64,000 nucleotides of DNA from Antedon mediterranea (Eukaryota > Animalia > Echinodermata). The notes under the pieces were generated by a model. That model did not search any database and was not told the DNA's origin. It saw only the letters and a list, made by a program, of their open reading frames with translations. The stretch covers positions 22,307,175 to 22,371,174 of the forward strand of contig NC_092677.1 in NCBI RefSeq assembly GCF_964355755.1. The letters run 5' to 3'. Positions 14,201 through 23,525 of this stretch are shown here, one piece after another; the first letter of the stretch is position 1; every line of letters starts with the position of its first letter. Made by a program: the position numbers and the translations under genes.

Positions 14201-14530
14201 TTTTTGGGGTGGAACAAATACATTTACAGATATTTAGTTAAAGTTGAGAAGTTAATAAACATGATCAATTTCAATTGTTAGTTTTTATAGTTATAAAAAT
14301 TTGAGTGACTAATAAAATATAACACTAAAAGTAAAATGAATATAAATTAATTTGCATTTAATGTTACAAACCTGTAAACGCTCGCTTGATGCAAACTGAG
14401 GGTGTATACATTTTGACCGATCCTTGGCAGCACATGGCTTAACAGAAAACATATTATACATTGTGTGCATTGAGTGTGCCATAAAAATGATAAATGCACC
14501 AACAAAAATGTACGTGAGTGTGGTAGACAT
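2194..14530 (-). CDS. CLPTM1L: CLPTM1L-family multi-pass ER membrane protein (cleft lip and palate transmembrane protein 1-like), 14 coding exons, 530 aa
   Basis: Exons 14530-14372, 14130-14033, 13318-13132, 12918-12797, 12079-12007, 11288-11171, 9471-9377, 7920-7836, 4720-4617, 4231-4032, 3529-3439, 3300-3256, 3043-2928, 2293-2194. All introns are GT-AG and phases are consistent (1593 nt). The translation has family motifs YLPILFINEL, LFDILAFKNDISYW, DEDTSLLVVIPAGIG, SWYSWLI, YAFGFLFMLPQLFVN, LKSVSHLPW, NTFIDDL, MPTTHRVACFRDDVVFVIYLYQRWLYPVDK, and ends KKTKKE* (KxKxx ER retrieval). Confidence 0.93.
2928..3043 (-). CDS. CLPTM1L: CLPTM1L coding exon 13
   Basis: ALNTFIDDLCAFVITMPTTHRVACFRDDVVFVIYLYQR. 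Confidence 0.93.
3256..3300 (-). CDS. CLPTM1L: CLPTM1L coding exon 12
   Basis: LKSVSHLPWRVFMYK. Confidence 0.92.
3439..3529 (-). CDS. CLPTM1L: CLPTM1L coding exon 11
   Basis: WYSWLIHSLANGVYAFGFLFMLPQLFVNHK. Confidence 0.93.
4032..4231 (-). CDS. CLPTM1L: CLPTM1L coding exon 10
   Basis: VWKIKKAFK...AMVYLSYLLGPICIGLAVYSLLYVSYK. Confidence 0.92.
4617..4720 (-). CDS. CLPTM1L: CLPTM1L coding exon 9
   Basis: VLWCGFSQIVIFFYLMDEDTSLLVVIPAGIGAIIE. Confidence 0.92.
4834..5386. mobile_element. MITE with TTAA target duplication (Kolobok/piggyBac-type)
   Basis: TTAA|AGACCCATATTCCCTAC ... GTAGGGAAGGGGTCT|TTAA. Confidence 0.75.
7205..7834. repeat. Cluster of palindromic (hairpin) non-autonomous repeats
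   Basis: Imperfect long palindromes at about 7208-7362 and 7660-7834. 7445-7558 recurs inverted at 53904-54016. Confidence 0.6.
7836..7920 (-). CDS. CLPTM1L: CLPTM1L coding exon 8
   Basis: ALFDILAFKNDISYWRNQDRMTGMST. Confidence 0.92.
7998..9342 (-). mobile_element. Helentron/HINE-like family C copy interrupted by other inserts
   Basis: Reverse-complement matches to both ends and internal blocks of 655-1824. 5' end duplicated at 9255-9342. Confidence 0.7.
8139..8222 (-). mobile_element. Short LINE/SINE 3' tail with A-rich end
   Basis: The minus strand reads ...GACTGATTGGGCCACCCTGGTTAAATA...AATAAAATAAAAAAAAAA and interrupts the family C element. Confidence 0.5.
9377..9471 (-). CDS. CLPTM1L: CLPTM1L coding exon 7
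   Basis: GFGQKDLDEMRGLLTGNNLFIL...LH. AACAG acceptor, GTAAGT donor. Confidence 0.9.
11171..11288 (-). CDS. CLPTM1L: CLPTM1L coding exon 6
   Basis: NSTTCEMPLSIEYTPISVGKLRLF. TTTAG acceptor, GTAAGT donor. Confidence 0.9.
12007..12079 (-). CDS. CLPTM1L: CLPTM1L coding exon 5
   Basis: GKYLPILFINELGIKYSDLV. TTTCAG acceptor, GTAGGT donor. Confidence 0.9.
12673..12781 (-). pseudogene. Partial direct copy of CLPTM1L coding exon 1 within the intron after coding exon 4
   Basis: Near-identical to 14442-14548, with a few substitutions and one 3-nt insertion. Confidence 0.9.
12797..12918 (-). CDS. CLPTM1L: CLPTM1L coding exon 4
   Basis: PVLHYKPTLYVSVVPDYIIFD...PFEIYKYF. Strong polypyrimidine acceptor, GTAAGT donor. 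Confidence 0.85.
13132..13318 (-). CDS. CLPTM1L: CLPTM1L coding exon 3
   Basis: SVNISLPQK...LKAYVFVH...YNLL, with AG/GT boundaries in phase. Confidence 0.88.
14033..14130 (-). CDS. CLPTM1L: CLPTM1L coding exon 2 (LSVYTS...)
   Basis: TTACAG acceptor, GTAAGT donor. LSVYT matches the family. Confidence 0.88.
14372..14530 (-). CDS. CLPTM1L: CLPTM1L coding exon 1 (MSTTLTYIFVGAF...SSERLQ)
   Basis: N-terminal TM helix followed by PC...CIHP. Donor CAG|GTTTGT. Upstream acceptor TTTCAG at 14591. Confidence 0.9.
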
Positions 14531-14700
14531 TTTTCAATATTCATGAAAGGAACTGATTTCAAAATCAATATGTTATAATAACTGTACAATCTGAAATAGC
14601 ATTTCTATCAGTTCAAATGGATACTACTCGCTATATACAACTAATGTTTGGGGTTATATGTTTGTGTGTTTTTTTATTAGATGCATACAATGTTCCATAC

Positions 14701-14748
14701 TGTATGTTCTTCTATTAGTAGAGTACAGTCCTTCACCAATTCAATTGT
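14701..14748 (-). other. Candidate non-coding 5'-UTR exon of CLPTM1L
   Basis: Acceptor TTTCTTTGCAG and donor GTATGG just upstream of coding exon 1. No transcript evidence. Confidence 0.4.
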
Positions 14749-15582
14749 CTGCAAAGAAACAATAAATGTGAAAAATGGGAAAATGCCTAAAAATGTGGAT
14801 CACTCACTGAACTGACACTGTCTCAACACTGCCGCCTCCTACACACAGGCGCTGCAGCATCACCACTTACTAGCTTTCAGATAGGCCTAGCCTACCTACT
14901 TTAGTAGGGGTGCTGGTCAACCCGTACCCATGTCAACTCATACCCAACTTGTACCCAAATAATTGGTCAACTCGTACCCACTTTTGCTAACCCATACCCA
15001 AACCAAACTCGTACCATTTGTTGGCTTACTCGTACCTATTGGCTTACTTACTTACCGATTTGATGGCGCAAAACTAGAGGTATGCTTTTGCCGTGTGAAT
15101 ATTTTTATATTTAATAATACAAATGTATTACAAATGTATGCCAATAAAAATTACCATTGATTGTAACCATAGTTTAATTAGGCATATTTATTGTTAACAT
15201 TCATTTAAATGTAATATATTTTTATAGAGAACGTATGTTTGTATCGTTTATTTACGTAAGAGAACATTTAATTAAGAAAAATTCATTTACTGTTAGTATA
15301 GTATACAATTCAATTAAGCCCAGGTAAAGTACCAGCAACGTATCATTTATCAATTTATATCCTTATCACCTAATTATCTTCCCTGATTACATATATTCAA
15401 TCAAGTAAATATTATTTATATTTAGATTCAATAAAAACGTTATGTACATTTTATTGGTATATAAGATTGTTTGAATTATTAGAGAACTCCCTGTTTTAAG
15501 CAAAAATCCTGCAGGAGGGCTATGGTTGAATTACGTGTAGATTTCGTGCTACGTGTGTGCTACTGATTCCCCTTGTATAAAA

Positions 15583-15885
15583 AAAAACATGCATTTATAG
15601 GGTGTCAAATAGACGACACAGCAATGACGTATTATCGTTTTCCATATATTTTCTTATTAAAATAATTCAGTGAAATAATCATATACACGTTTGTTTAAGG
15701 CAATTAAACATTTTTGGCAGATTTTTTTTTCTCTTTTATAAAAAAAAAACTTTTAAAAAACACGCATTTAGACCTATTTGTCAAATAGACAAGGCAACAA
15801 TGACGTATGATTGTTTTGCATTTAATTTTTTATTAAATAATTGAAAGTGAAATGACCATATACACGTTTGTTTAAGGCAATTAAA
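15583..15885 (+). repeat. Direct duplication of about 130 bp
   Basis: GTCAAATAGAC...CAATGACGTAT...CATATACACGTTTGTTTAAGGCAATTAAA occurs twice. Confidence 0.75.
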
Positions 15886-16229
15886 TTTTAATAATAAATT
15901 AATAACTTATTCATAACAAAATAAAATGCAGCAATCAAGGCATGGGCCTACTGACATCTTCTATGTAAAACAGTGCCCTCAATTAATAACTTGGCTAGTA
16001 TACCCAAATACGGTTGGAAGCTGTGCTTTTTTCTTTAGTCTGTACATATAATTATACTTTTTAGGTCAGTAGTTTTTGCCATTATAGTATTGATCATGAT
16101 TGGTATCTAAAAAATGAATGTAAAAAAACTGGGTTTAAATGCAATATTATAATATACTTTACATAGCATTAGACATGGTTACGGGCCAGCCCATGATGGG
16201 TACGCGTGAGCCAAAATTTTGGCTACAAG

Positions 16230-17045
16230 CAAAGAATATATCACAAGAATGAGTAATCTGCAATTTCCCCTGTAACAGTAATGTTGTCCATGTGGTAGTG
16301 CGCGCGCCATAAGTGAGGATGTATCTGGGATGTATACAACTTTTTGTGACGGTTACACTAATCAAAGGCTGGACCACCGGTAGTATTTTCATGATAAAAA
16401 ATGTTATCAATTACATGCCAACATCATGTTAAATGCTGTTTGGATATTTAACTGTTCGTTTCATGCAATTTATTTAGTAAAAACTGCCGTATAAACAGTT
16501 CGCTTCACCAACCGGGCGCTACGATAGCGCTACCGGGCGTGTTGGTGTTTACACGTTTTCACGAAGGATAGTTTAATAATATTCCTATATTTAACTTGTT
16601 TCTGGTAAAACAAATAAATGTTAATGAAATTTAACATTGTAATTTATATCATAAAAACAATACTTAATTTACCGGGCGTAGCGTATTACCGGGCGTAGAG
16701 TAGTACGCGGCAATGGTAAAGAATAGGCCGTGCTGAGTAACGCTTCATTGATTTTTGGTGCCTGTTAGGCCTTTTTTGTGAACTAATTTAGCATGTTAGT
16801 AAATAATTGTTTGTAAAAGTGAATGTACACTAGTTTGTTAATAAATATGTATTATAAAATGGTTTACAATTGCAAAATATATTATCATAATTCTATTTAA
16901 TGTGACATGTATAATATCTATTAAATCAAGTCTTATTTAGTCTGTATACATCCGCCCTTATGAGGGCGGCATCACTCTCTGTTACAAATTTCTCATGCAA
17001 AAATCGCGGAATACTCATTCTTGTGATATAGCCTATATTCTTTTG
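16230..17045. mobile_element. P-element-like MITE (CAAAG...TTTG termini, 7-bp TSD CTACAAG)
   Basis: CTACAAG|CAAAGAATATATCACAAGAATGAGTA ... TACTCATTCTTGTGATATAGCCTATATTCTTTTG|CTACAAG. Confidence 0.75.
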
Positions 17046-17186
17046 CTACAAGCCAAAATTTGGGTCTGAGTTGATGGGTACGATTTGGCATAGGTACGGA
17101 TTGACCTTTAGTAGGGACGTAGTGACTAGTACTAGTAGGCTTGCAAGCCTATACATTACTAGGCATATAGGCCTAGGCTGAATCCA

Positions 17187-17340
17187 TGTCCCATGATGAT
17201 TCGGCCCTGAGTCGATTCAGCCCGGGAAGATTCGGCCCACTTATAAAATGCATATCAAAGCCGATAAATTTAAGTGTGTCGAATCGTCTCAGGGCCGAAT
17301 CGTCCCGGGCCGAATCGGCTCAGAGCCGAATCGTCCCGCT
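17187..17340. mobile_element. Short MITE with inverted arrays of about 16-bp GGGCCGAATCGTCCC units
   Basis: Three GATTCGGCCC-type units on the left, four GCCGAATCG-type units on the right. Confidence 0.65.
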
Positions 17341-17430
17341 ACCGCCTAGGCTACTAGCCCTGGCCTAGCTAGGCCTAGGCCCTAGTTCCGTTTCGCACCT
17401 TGTATTTCAACTTCAAATGTGTTAACTAAC

Positions 17431-17830
17431 CTTATCGGCGCTCGTGAGTACAACACATTAGAAGTACTTTATGATGGGGAAATAGACATAAATCCTTTAA
17501 ATTGATGAATGTTCTTTGCTATAATAGAGAGAAACGAACTGTGTTGTTTTTGTTCTTCAATATTTTCGTTCTATGGAGCGCCAAAAAAGCAATAAATAAT
17601 AGGGGGCTAAAAACTCAATAATGGAATAATTTAATAATCAAAATAGACGCATTACCACCGTGTTTTTAGCCCTCTATTATTATGATGGCTGCTCTATATT
17701 GTTGTTGTATGACAATTCATAAAATGTAATGGTAAGAATATTTTTTAAAGAATAAAAAATCAATACCAAATATCTTTTTTTTAACGAAAATAGTTGTTTT
17801 ATACGATTTAAGGCGGGGCTGCTGGCCTGC
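17431..17830 (-). promoter_or_regulatory. Candidate CLPTM1L first non-coding exon and promoter
   Basis: Donor AAG|GTTAGT at 17431/17430, CpG-containing sequence, GC box GGCGGGGC near 17812. Confidence 0.35.
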
Positions 17831-18619
17831 AATCTCCCATTTTGGTTTGAGCTTTAGTACCTTTATGATATTTAATAAGTTAGATACCGTTACAGTTAGA
17901 ACAAATACAGTATCTTAGATCAAGCAAATATCAGAGTAGTAGGCCTATAGATCACATTTTACAATTTGTAATAATTGTTGACTTTTACCACCTTTTTCAA
18001 TTTCAACCATTAGTTTTATTTTCACACATTAGTGCGCATCCTTTGGAAAATAATAATGTAGATAAATGAACACACATCAAATTAAATAAAACATATTGAT
18101 ATGTAAGCAATACGGTATACATTTGACATAATTTTTTTTTTTAAACAGTCTAAAAAACGATTTAAAAGACATACGGTGTTTCCTAAACCGCTGTTTGGGT
18201 CGCTATCAATTCAGATGCTGTCTCATAAATTATTAATTAAACTGATCTATGTGAAATGTTCTCAGTTTTGTAGAATCTACAACACTGATTACATTTTAAA
18301 TTTACAGTTTTCCCCTATGTTGAGGTGAGTAGCGTAGTCACAATTGGGAATCGACAATGGACGCCTTTGACGAATCGTTGTTTTTACTATACACTATCTA
18401 CAAACTGGTTCTACAACGACGCTAGTTTTCTGTGTAGTTTGCAAAAGTAAAGAGTATGTAACTTGACTGAAAAACTGCACCGACGGTTAGAACTTTAACA
18501 ATGAACATTCAATAAAAACAGGTCCATCCCAAATAATGTTACGCTCATAGCGATGTTATTCAGGCCCTTGACATTAACATTGAACGCAAATGTTATCCTT
18601 AGTCTAGTCGCACGGTGTT

Positions 18620-18815
18620 CACCGTCGGAAAAGGTATGCTACGATCGTTTTGCCAATTGCGAGTGCGCTATATTGATTGAGATGGGCAGTGTGTTTCAGA
18701 GTCGAGGAGCAGATGTGGCGAAAGCTCTGAAACAAGCTCCTCGACTCCATAAGAGTTGCTTGATATAACCTGATGAAGCAGTAGCCACTCGCCAGATCGT
18801 AGGTTACGTTCTGGC
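18620..18815 (-). mobile_element. L2-clade LINE ORF2 C-terminal fragment
   Basis: Frameshifted translation PERNLRS...LL...SYG / RAFATSAPRL*NTLP resembles the L2 motif RAFSVAAPRLWNSLP. Confidence 0.65.
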
Positions 18816-21800
18816 CAACTAGAGCTGCCATTTATTATGATTTTACGTCCGAGAGTACTATTTACTATAGGCCTAACAAGCTCAAATACGCAATGTTGCG
18901 AGAATTCCCAAATTAGGATCATGGGGTCGCGGTCAAAAAAGTTTGCGGAACGCTGTCCTAAACAATATTTTACAAATCGCGTTGATTTTTAAGGGGTTAT
19001 TTTTGTGGATTACGTTTTGCGTTGATTTTACAATTTGCGGCTGAACAACAACAGTACAGAATAATCTTGTAGTATTTTTAACTTGCATTATTGGGCCCGG
19101 GGTGTAGGTTTTCACTTGAGTGGTCCTGAAAAAATAGTGCATTACCAGTTGAAATACTTCATGACTGGTCGGTCCCAGTGGTAGAAATAATGATCACACG
19201 CACTATGGAGTGTCTTACGGTCTGCTTTTAACATGCCGTTTTAGAATTAGAATGGCCAACAATGTGAAAGTTTTACAACTTTTAACTTTATTTTAGTATT
19301 TCAGTAATTCAAAGCAAGGTACAGTGGTGTTTTATTACCCGTATCTCCGACATTTTAATATAATATACCGAGATAAGTAGGTCTACATAAAAATATATGT
19401 ATTGTGCTCTTTTACGCTTATCTATGCAAATGAATTATTCATTTTAAATTACCCGTAAGCCTATTTTGCTTCATGATATTCTTTCATGCATCTGTTCATC
19501 TATTTGTTGCATCTAATGGGTGAGCACAGTCAACCATTGTCAACCAATTAAAATGTGCCTTATTTTTGTTGTAATGTTATGAATTATTATTACATACATT
19601 TAGCTATAATAGCATACACGTTTTGTTTCCGTAAATATATGGGCTTATATGACGATTTTTGGGATCTATATCATTATGATATGTCAATATATGTGAGCTA
19701 TATTTTACTGTCTTTATGTGTTGTGTTATTTCAATGGGATCTCATTTCAATTTATTTCTTAGGCTGTTGCACTCATGCACAAAAGTAATTGATTCTCTAT
19801 TGAAGTCTTTGAATAAACTTCTAATTACGTTTCACCTGAACATTAAGATAACCATAGTAACCATACTATTTCGATATCGATCCAGAAATCGAAACGCTCA
19901 CCTTACGAAATACCAACAGGTGTTTCAGCAACTAGTTGCTTACGCGCAGGATATAATCAAACAGGTACCAACATTAACCATTTTCTTGTGAAAGAAAAAT
20001 ATTAAATGCAAAATTATTTTATCTGTTGATATATTTTGGGATATTTGGCGTAGACCTATTTATTTTCGTATGAAAATCTGTAACTTTGCTTTTCCTGGGC
20101 CTGAAGCTATTTTACCATGGCTCCATCTGTTGCTGTTTTTAAGAGATGGATTATTCATATCAGCCTCCTTGACTAAAGGTTATTAAAGACCTTTGTGCCA
20201 TGACTGTGTAATGGAGAATTATACCTTAAAACGCTGATAATTGCTGCCCTCAGAGACTACTTTATCTATGGCATTGGTCTATGTAAATCTCAAGCACTTA
20301 ACAGTTTTCTCACCATTAAGACATGCGTTACATCTTTCACTCGGTAGAGACGCTGTAATCGGTGTTTTTAACATAAAGACGGCTGAATTACACAATGAAG
20401 CTGATATCGATACTTACTTTAAAACATTAGCAGCCGTATATAAAATCACCCTGGAGGTCTAACAGGCATTTAAATTTTCTAAACCCCCGGCAAAGGTATA
20501 TATTCAAAATCTATAAATATGTATTTCTATTATTTACACGCCCGAGGCAAGGTGGATATAATTTTCTATATCTACGATAGCATTGTCTTGTCAACAGTTT
20601 CGTATTGTGATCATACTTCCACTTTATTAAGCAAACATCACGTAACTGACTAATTGTATTCGTCTACTTTACTGCAACTTATGAATACATAAGACACCAT
20701 CATAATTTATGCTTAAATATTCTTCATTGCAAATCATTATCTTTCGCTCAATATTCAATTGTTGTCAAGCTAATGACTGTGTAGTACAAGAGGGTTTATC
20801 AAGCAGCATTATTATATGGGATTTAATGACAGTTGATTAAGTCAAATGAATGCCACTTACACATATCTATGTTATGTATATTTACTTTATGTTAGTAAAA
20901 TGACTACTAAAGGGTAATTTTATCAATTATTTGTTTTAAAAGCCCTTTTAATCGATTGGTTACAGGATTTTTACCAATAAATGAAAACAGAATGAACAAA
21001 CGAATGGCCGAACGAACGAATAACCGAGCAAATGAACTGGGGATAATTGTAATGTGTATTAAAAGTCTTAACTTGTGTTTGATCTCATTTTTATTATTTT
21101 TGGTGTTATCTAGCAATTAGGGGAATAAATATCTGACTACGTTTATGCATTCACTATTTTTTTGTTTCATGTATTTGGTGTGGTGTGTGGTGTCAACTGG
21201 AGGTATATAGAAATAGAGCCCAATTATCGTCTTCATCTTTCAATTTGTCATGACAAATTTATTATTTTCTTAATAAATATTATATATGTATAAATCTATT
21301 ATTACAGTTAATTTCTATATAATAATGTTGATTCATTAATATCAATGACGTATAGCGTTTATTCTATTTGCCAAACAAACAAATTCCAAATTAAAAAGTA
21401 TTCAATAATATGCATAGGCCTACGTACCCTGATGGAAAAAGGGCTAGCTACAATCCATTATTTATTGTGAACTGTGTTGTTAATATTATTTAATATTATT
21501 CTCTTTTTATGGCCTACTTTAACCGAGTGAATGTAACCGGGGTATAATGGTCTGAATGATGATATTTGAAGCCTGGCGAACGCCATGCTGTAAGTACAGC
21601 GTGTTTACTTTTAAGAACAAAGACACGTGGATATTTTATGTTGTGTGACTAGTATTAGCTAATAGCTTGACTAATTACAGTAAGTAAATCAAAATGAAAA
21701 CAAGAATTCATATTTGTCATATATGCTTCTATGACAACCAATTCATGTTTATTGCATGATGGGAAATAGTGCTGTCCAACAGCAATGCCAACAGGTGGTG

Positions 21801-22241
21801 CGTTAAGTATTTAGAATCATTACCAGGTCCTCCAAATACTCTTGATTGCCTCTTTGTATTTCTTTCTGTCAATAAATAAATTGATTGTTTGCTTAGGTTT
21901 GTTTTAAGAATTATTTTCTTGAGAAGTGTCGGTTGAAAGTTATAACACATAACGTTGAGGATCTGATAATTTGTTTGCATTCAGCGGTAGCCGGCGCCTG
22001 TAAAACAAATGCTATTTTAATTTTTAAAACTTACAATTAACAAACAATTGCTTTGTAATACATATACAAAATAACAAAATTCGGGGTTCGATTATAATTG
22101 TACGGTTCTTTTATTTGTAGTTGTATTTCCTCTTTTCCCTTTGTCGCTATATTTAAATATATATACATTTACGTAAGGGCATAGACCAAATTCACATAGA
22201 TAAACACTTTCGAACAGACTCACAAAAGATTACTGAACGTA

Positions 22242-22347
22242 TACCGTATTTATTCTAATTCGCTTTGAATAAACGCCTCCCTCGAATAAACTCCCCTCAT
22301 AGAACATCATTTGGAATAAAGGGGCGTTTATTCGAGTAAAAGCGATA
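22242..22347. mobile_element. Degenerate Tc1/mariner (pogo-like) MITE
   Basis: TACCGTATTT start, repeated GAATAAACGCC units and the inverse GGCGTTTATTCGAG. Confidence 0.5.
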
Positions 22348-22899
22348 AATAATTAAGGGATTGCCACATTCTGTCAAATAATGATAAATAAGGAAATATC
22401 TGTACTGCCATCTCAATAAATCGTAGGAAATGTATTTGATATTGCAACAAGAACATGGTATATTTTATTTGCAATGCTTTGCAGCCTCCAATATGCCTCA
22501 TCACAATATTTTTTGACGTGTTATGTCTTTGGTCATGATCTCGTTTTTTGTAGATTAAAAACATTTTAATGTCATTAAATTGGGCAAACCATTTTATCCG
22601 TTCGATTTTGTTTTGTTGACTGAAAGTGAATAATCAATATTTACAGCTAAGGTGCGATCGACATCCGGCACTTCTCCCCCACCCCCTCTCCCTCCCCACT
22701 GACAACAGTCCTGTACTGAAGAGGTCACCCAGTATAGAGAAGAAGTTAATTAATAGATAAAAAGCATTAAAACAATTTGTATCTCTCACTACTATGGACA
22801 AATCCTTCCCTCACAGGCTTGCACCGCCAAAAAAAAAAAGGATCACATTATCACCAAAACTTATTTCTCCTGCCTAATATTCTCGTCAAAACCGCCTAC

Positions 22900-22980
22900 T
22901 AACTTCATAATCCAATCAAATTTTGCTATTATCGCGCATGCGTTGAAATTGTATATTTGCACTTGATTAATCCAATTCAA
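22900..22980 (+). promoter_or_regulatory. Candidate Scratch proximal promoter (CCAAT boxes, NRF1/P3A2-like GCGCATGCG)
   Basis: TAATCCAAT occurs twice (about 22908 and 22968) and GCGCATGCG is at 22934-22942, about 450 bp upstream of the ATG. Confidence 0.4.
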
Positions 22981-23401
22981 GTGAATTACAGTGAATGGGC
23001 CACAAGTGAGTCGCGTGGCTCAGCTCGGGTAAACAATAGTAGATTATCGCTGATATTGACTCCATTGTTTGTCAAGATCGTGTTTAAAAGACGTCTAACT
23101 AGACATCTCAGACAGAAAGTTGGAGAGTGGGGTTACCGACGAACCATCGTAGAACGAACTGGTTTTCCTTTCCATATCAATCTCATCGCGCTATCAGATC
23201 TTTCATTTTAGGCAATTTGGATGGACCAAGGAAAATTCATCGCTTAAATTGAATTAATTAATTTAACCGGGCTCTCACGAGGCTTATTAGATGGATTACT
23301 TATCTTGAGTTAGTTGATTACCGAATCTGTAGAGAGAACACAAGCAGAAGTAGAACAAGACTACAATTCTCAAAACTGTCGAATTCATAAAAACAACTAA
23401 A

Positions 23402-23525
23402 ATGCCTCGCTCATTTCTTGTGCGTCGAACGACTGATGATGATGCACGGGTTGTGATCCGTGAAACATCACTTCCAGAATGGACTGTAGTCCCCGAGCTT
23501 CCGGTCAACATACATTTAACAGATG
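23402..23525 (+). CDS. scrt: Scratch coding exon 1 (SNAG domain)
   Basis: AAAATGCCTCGCTCATTTCTTGTG encodes MPRSFLV. Donor GTAAGA at 23526. Confidence 0.93.

Larger units (their letters stand above)
14909..17110. mobile_element. Foldback/Mutator-like element with TIRs built of GTCAACTCGTACCCA subrepeats
   Basis: Tandem GTCAACYCRTACCC units at 14917-15040, with inverse GGGTACG...TTGAC units at 16198 and 17060-17106. Confidence 0.55.

Noticed and set aside
17187-17340. Regular short repeats resembling a CRISPR or iteron array
   Set aside because: There are no unique spacers, the units are arranged as inverted arms of a MITE, the context is eukaryotic and there are no cas genes.
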